Shown piece by piece: positions 61,062 through 64,000 of a stretch of DNA of 64,000 bases (the stretch's first letter is position 1; each line of letters opens with the position of its first letter). The stretch spans positions 1,920,001-1,984,000 of the forward strand of contig CBDCXR010000004.1 in assembly GCA_965223845.1 (NCBI GenBank), written 5' to 3'. A program made the position numbers and the translations under genes. A model generated the notes under the pieces. It was not told the DNA's origin, did not search any database, and saw only the letters and a list, made by a program, of their open reading frames with translations. This DNA is from Planctomycetota bacterium (GTDB taxonomy: Bacteria > Planctomycetota > UBA8108 > SXIK01).

Positions 61062-62114
61062 TCAGCGCTGGTAGATGGGGAGCCGCTGATAGGGTAGGGC
61101 CAAGATCACGACGGCGATCGACGTTCCGTAGACCGTGCCGACGCCGTCGCCCATCCAGCTGCCATCGGACGATTGCTTCGAGAGGAGCCAGCGGCTGATG
61201 TCTCGATAGTAGCGTGCCCACTCACGACCGCCGCGCTGGAACTTGGCCTGCGCGAGGTAGAAATGGGCGTAGAACGTGTGCCCCCACACGCCTCCGCCGC
61301 CGTGCGCGGTGATGGTTCGGTCGCAGTACGCTAACGCCTTAAGGGCGAGCGGGCTGTCGTAGGCGCCGGCGTTGTAGAGCGTGGCGACCGCCGCCGCCGT
61401 GATCGGCGGGCGCGATCCGCCGCCTCCCGAGAGCTGGTAGCGGATACCGCCGTCGGGATTCGCCGAGCGCTCGATGTAGCGAACGGCTCCGCGAACGACG
61501 GTTGGCTCGACGAAGATCCCCGCGTTCCGGCACGCGCGGAGACCCTGGATCTGCGTCACCGTCACCGATCCCTCGTCGCCATCGGAGCTCGGCGAGTAGA
61601 GCCAGCCGCCGGCTCGACTTTGACTCCGCTCGGTGATGCGAACTCCGCGAACGAGCACGTCGTGGATCGCCTGCTGTTTCCGCCGGTCCTCCTCCATGCC
61701 GTAGGCCTGCGCGAGAAAGAGGAGCGCGAATCCGTGGCCGTGAAGCGAGCGACCTTCCTCGCCTCGAGTCGCGATGAGACCGTTCGGCTGGGAGACGCGG
61801 AGGACGAAGTCGACGGACTTTCTCAGCGCGCGGCAGTGAGGACCGCGCGTCGGCGTGCTTCCCGTTACGAGGAGCGCCGTCCCGGCGAGCGCGGTCATCG
61901 CCGTCGGATATGAGCCCCAGCCACCCATATTGTTCCAGGACCCGTCGCGATTCTGCGTTCGCGTGAGGTACTGAGTTCCGCGCTCGATCGCCCGTTCGAT
62001 CTCGGGGGTGACGTGATCGGGCCGCTTCGGCTCGGCGCGTCCGGTGCTCGTCGCGGCAACGAGACCGATGAGGACCGCCGACAGGAGCCGCTCCACGCTT
62101 CGTTCAGTCCTCAT
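61062..62114 (-). CDS. Prenyltransferase/squalene-oxidase-repeat (QW) protein
   Basis: Signal peptide; QNRDGSW, QS..GGW.Y, QSSDGSW repeats. Confidence 0.9.
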   Translation of the reverse strand: MRTERSVERLLSAVLIGLVAATSTGRAEPKRPDHVTPEIERAIERGTQYLTRTQNRDGSWNNMGGWGSYPTAMTALAGTALLVTGSTPTRGPHCRALRKSVDFVLRVSQPNGLIATRGEEGRSLHGHGFALLFLAQAYGMEEDRRKQQAIHDVLVRGVRITERSQSRAGGWLYSPSSDGDEGSVTVTQIQGLRACRNAGIFVEPTVVRGAVRYIERSANPDGGIRYQLSGGGGSRPPITAAAVATLYNAGAYDSPLALKALAYCDRTITAHGGGGVWGHTFYAHFYLAQAKFQRGGREWARYYRDISRWLLSKQSSDGSWMGDGVGTVYGTSIAVVILALPYQRLPIYQR

Positions 62115-63468
62115 CCTCGTCCACCTTCACTTGCACTTCGACCGCGAACGTGCCCTTCACGGAGCCGCTCTTCAGCGAAACGCCGAGAAACAGCTTCCCG
62201 CTCCCACTCGCCGCGCCTTCGTACTCCGAGCCGACGAGAAACGGCTTCCCTTTGTCACCGATCTTCGCGACGAGAGCGCCGGCGGCGAACTTTTCGAGCT
62301 GATTGCCGGAAACGTTCGGCGTTCCTTCCGGCCCCGCGTTCTGGCCGTAGTTCGAGAGGTTGATCGTGCCCGAGGCGATGATCTTGAGCGGGGCTTCCGC
62401 CGCGACCTCGATCCCGGTGTCGATCCACTTCCCGTTCGCGGCGAATGCCTTCGATCCGCCGATCTTAAACGACTTGCGGAGGTACGGAGGCTCGCGGAAA
62501 ACGATGCTCATGATGTCGTCGCGGCTCAGCTTGAGCTCGCCGTACGAAGTCTTGATCCCGAATTCGCGGCGATCGACGCGCCCCAGCACCGTGAACCGGA
62601 GCGTCATGATTTCGTCCTCGTTGCCCCGGAGCGGAACGAGAAACGTGCGCTCGTCGTCCTCCTGCTCTTCGAGCTCCTCCTCGAGGTCGCCGACGAGCTT
62701 CTCGGCGCGCGTTTTCACCTCTTGGTCCTCCGACTTCGCGGCCTCGCGCAGAAGCTCGAGCGCGGGCAGACCGACCCGCGCGAGCTCCTCGCTCGCTTCT
62801 TCGCGGAGATCGTACTCGTCGCTGCCGAGCTGATCGACGAGCTCACGGATGCGTTCCTCCCGCTCGGGGTCGGGTCGCTCGCTGAAGCGGACGCGGACGA
62901 GCTCCTCGACCGGGATCGCGAGCACGCCGTAAACCGTGGTCACGGTGAGCTCACTCAGCTCGACGCGCCCCGCGATCCGAGTGCCGTCGCGCATGCGAAA
63001 CATCGGCGGGTCACGCTTCTTCTTCGCCTTGGCCGGTTGCTCTTCACCGTCCTTCGTCTTCGCCTCCGCCTCGCTCTTCTCTCCGGCACCGGAGAGCTGC
63101 GCGCTCACCGACTTCTCTACCGCAGCGACGGCGGCCGACACCTGCGCGGCCACCTTCGCCGCGGCAGCTTTCTTATCGTCGTCGGACTCTTTGCCGGCGT
63201 CTTTCTTCCCCTCGCCGTTCCCGGCGTCCTTCTCGGGCGCGGCCTTCTCCGCGTCGCCATCCTTGTTCTCGTTTCCCTCTGCCTCGTCGCCGTTCGCTTT
63301 CTCTTCAGCAGCCTCGGCGGCATCCGCGGCTTCGGCGGCGGCCTGCGCAAACGTCGAGCCCCGCTCCGTCGCCCATCCGGCGAGGAGCGCGAGAACGATG
63401 CCGAGTCCGATGCTTCGGCCCCGGCGTCCTATCTCGGTCCCATCGCGCGTCATGACTCGCTTCTCCAT
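62104..63468 (-). CDS. Exported multidomain protein (low-complexity linker, HEAT-like region, C-terminal LecA/PA-IL-like domain)
   Basis: Signal peptide; LVDQLGSD.Y..RE.A; WIDTGI...IASG...GALVAKIG..PF.VG. Confidence 0.75.
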   Translation of the reverse strand: MEKRVMTRDGTEIGRRGRSIGLGIVLALLAGWATERGSTFAQAAAEAADAAEAAEEKANGDEAEGNENKDGDAEKAAPEKDAGNGEGKKDAGKESDDDKKAAAAKVAAQVSAAVAAVEKSVSAQLSGAGEKSEAEAKTKDGEEQPAKAKKKRDPPMFRMRDGTRIAGRVELSELTVTTVYGVLAIPVEELVRVRFSERPDPEREERIRELVDQLGSDEYDLREEASEELARVGLPALELLREAAKSEDQEVKTRAEKLVGDLEEELEEQEDDERTFLVPLRGNEDEIMTLRFTVLGRVDRREFGIKTSYGELKLSRDDIMSIVFREPPYLRKSFKIGGSKAFAANGKWIDTGIEVAAEAPLKIIASGTINLSNYGQNAGPEGTPNVSGNQLEKFAAGALVAKIGDKGKPFLVGSEYEGAASGSGKLFLGVSLKSGSVKGTFAVEVQVKVDEDED

Positions 63469-63533
63469 TCGCTAGTTGATTCGTTCGATCGTCAGCGCTC
63501 GCGCTCACGAGAGCCGGCGGCCATCGACCGCCA

Positions 63534-63947
63534 CTATCCACTCGGCTCGTTCGAGCGGTCCGCTTCCGCCTCGTTCGACTCGTCGACGTCCTCGGGCGCT
63601 CGCTCGGCCGTCGCCGGCTCAAGTCGTCCGAATCCGTCTGCGTTTCCGAGCGCGAGTCCTCCGCGCTGAGCCGAGAGCCGCGGCGGGAGCTGGTGCCCCT
63701 TGCTCTTGATCTCGAGCTCGACAATGTTCTTCCAGTGCGGCTCGGCGTCCGCCTTCGGATCGACGCGAACGACTCGAGTGTACCACTTTCCTTCACCCTC
63801 TCCGGTGTTGAACGTAAGGAGGAATCGCCCAGAATCACGCTCGCGGACCGGCACTCCACCGTAGATGACCGCGCCCGGCTCGATCGTCTCGTTCCAGCGG
63901 ACTTCGTCCTCAGCGATGTGAATCAAACGGAGGCTCGCCCCAGCCAC
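63534..63947 (-). CDS. Hypothetical protein (may start beyond the window)
   Basis: Host-like codon style, same strand as the operon. Confidence 0.45.
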   Translation of the reverse strand: MAGASLRLIHIAEDEVRWNETIEPGAVIYGGVPVRERDSGRFLLTFNTGEGEGKWYTRVVRVDPKADAEPHWKNIVELEIKSKGHQLPPRLSAQRGGLALGNADGFGRLEPATAERAPEDVDESNEAEADRSNEPSG

Positions 63948-64000
63948 CGCGGCGGTTCTACGCGCGGAAGGCGTCGCCGGCCCGCCGAGACAGACGAGAG

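Noticed and set aside
61062-62114. Squalene-hopene cyclase
   Set aside because: Too short, has a signal peptide and lacks DXDD; only QW-type repeats are present.
47673-63669. Long plus-strand ORFs (47673-49832, 49994-51862, 54456-55718, 62044-63669 and others)
   Set aside because: High-GC antisense shadows of motif-supported minus-strand genes.

Overview
High-GC bacterial window, most likely Planctomycetota (TIGR03067-like protein, planctomycete-style dockerin-like domains, MoxR/DUF58/BatA cluster). It has three parts. (1) 1-11 kb: a coupled operon of an atypical Zn-ribbon Ser/Thr kinase, a lipoprotein and a 16-repeat FG-GAP lipoprotein, followed by two dockerin-like proteins. (2) 11-37.4 kb: an accessory mosaic. 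It carries FGE/CLec-fold proteins, a toxin-antitoxin pair whose toxin has compensating frameshifts, a sulfatase, a GxGYxYP protein, a nest of rve-type IS elements with CG-terminated inverted repeats and an IS3 insertion. Its right end is an island abutting the 3' end of tmRNA, with a tyrosine integrase, an excisionase-like HTH protein and defence-like cargo. The best candidate for a new system is there: a small partner gene coupled to an RloC-like zinc-hook ABC ATPase/HEPN protein with an extra Cys-rich tail. (3) 37.4-64 kb: tmRNA, then a long minus-strand run (prenyltransferase-repeat, MoxR, DUF58, BatA/vWA, NPCBM, thioredoxin-TPR, HAD, TctC-TctB fusion, TctA). All calls come from reading motifs by eye; no database searches were run.
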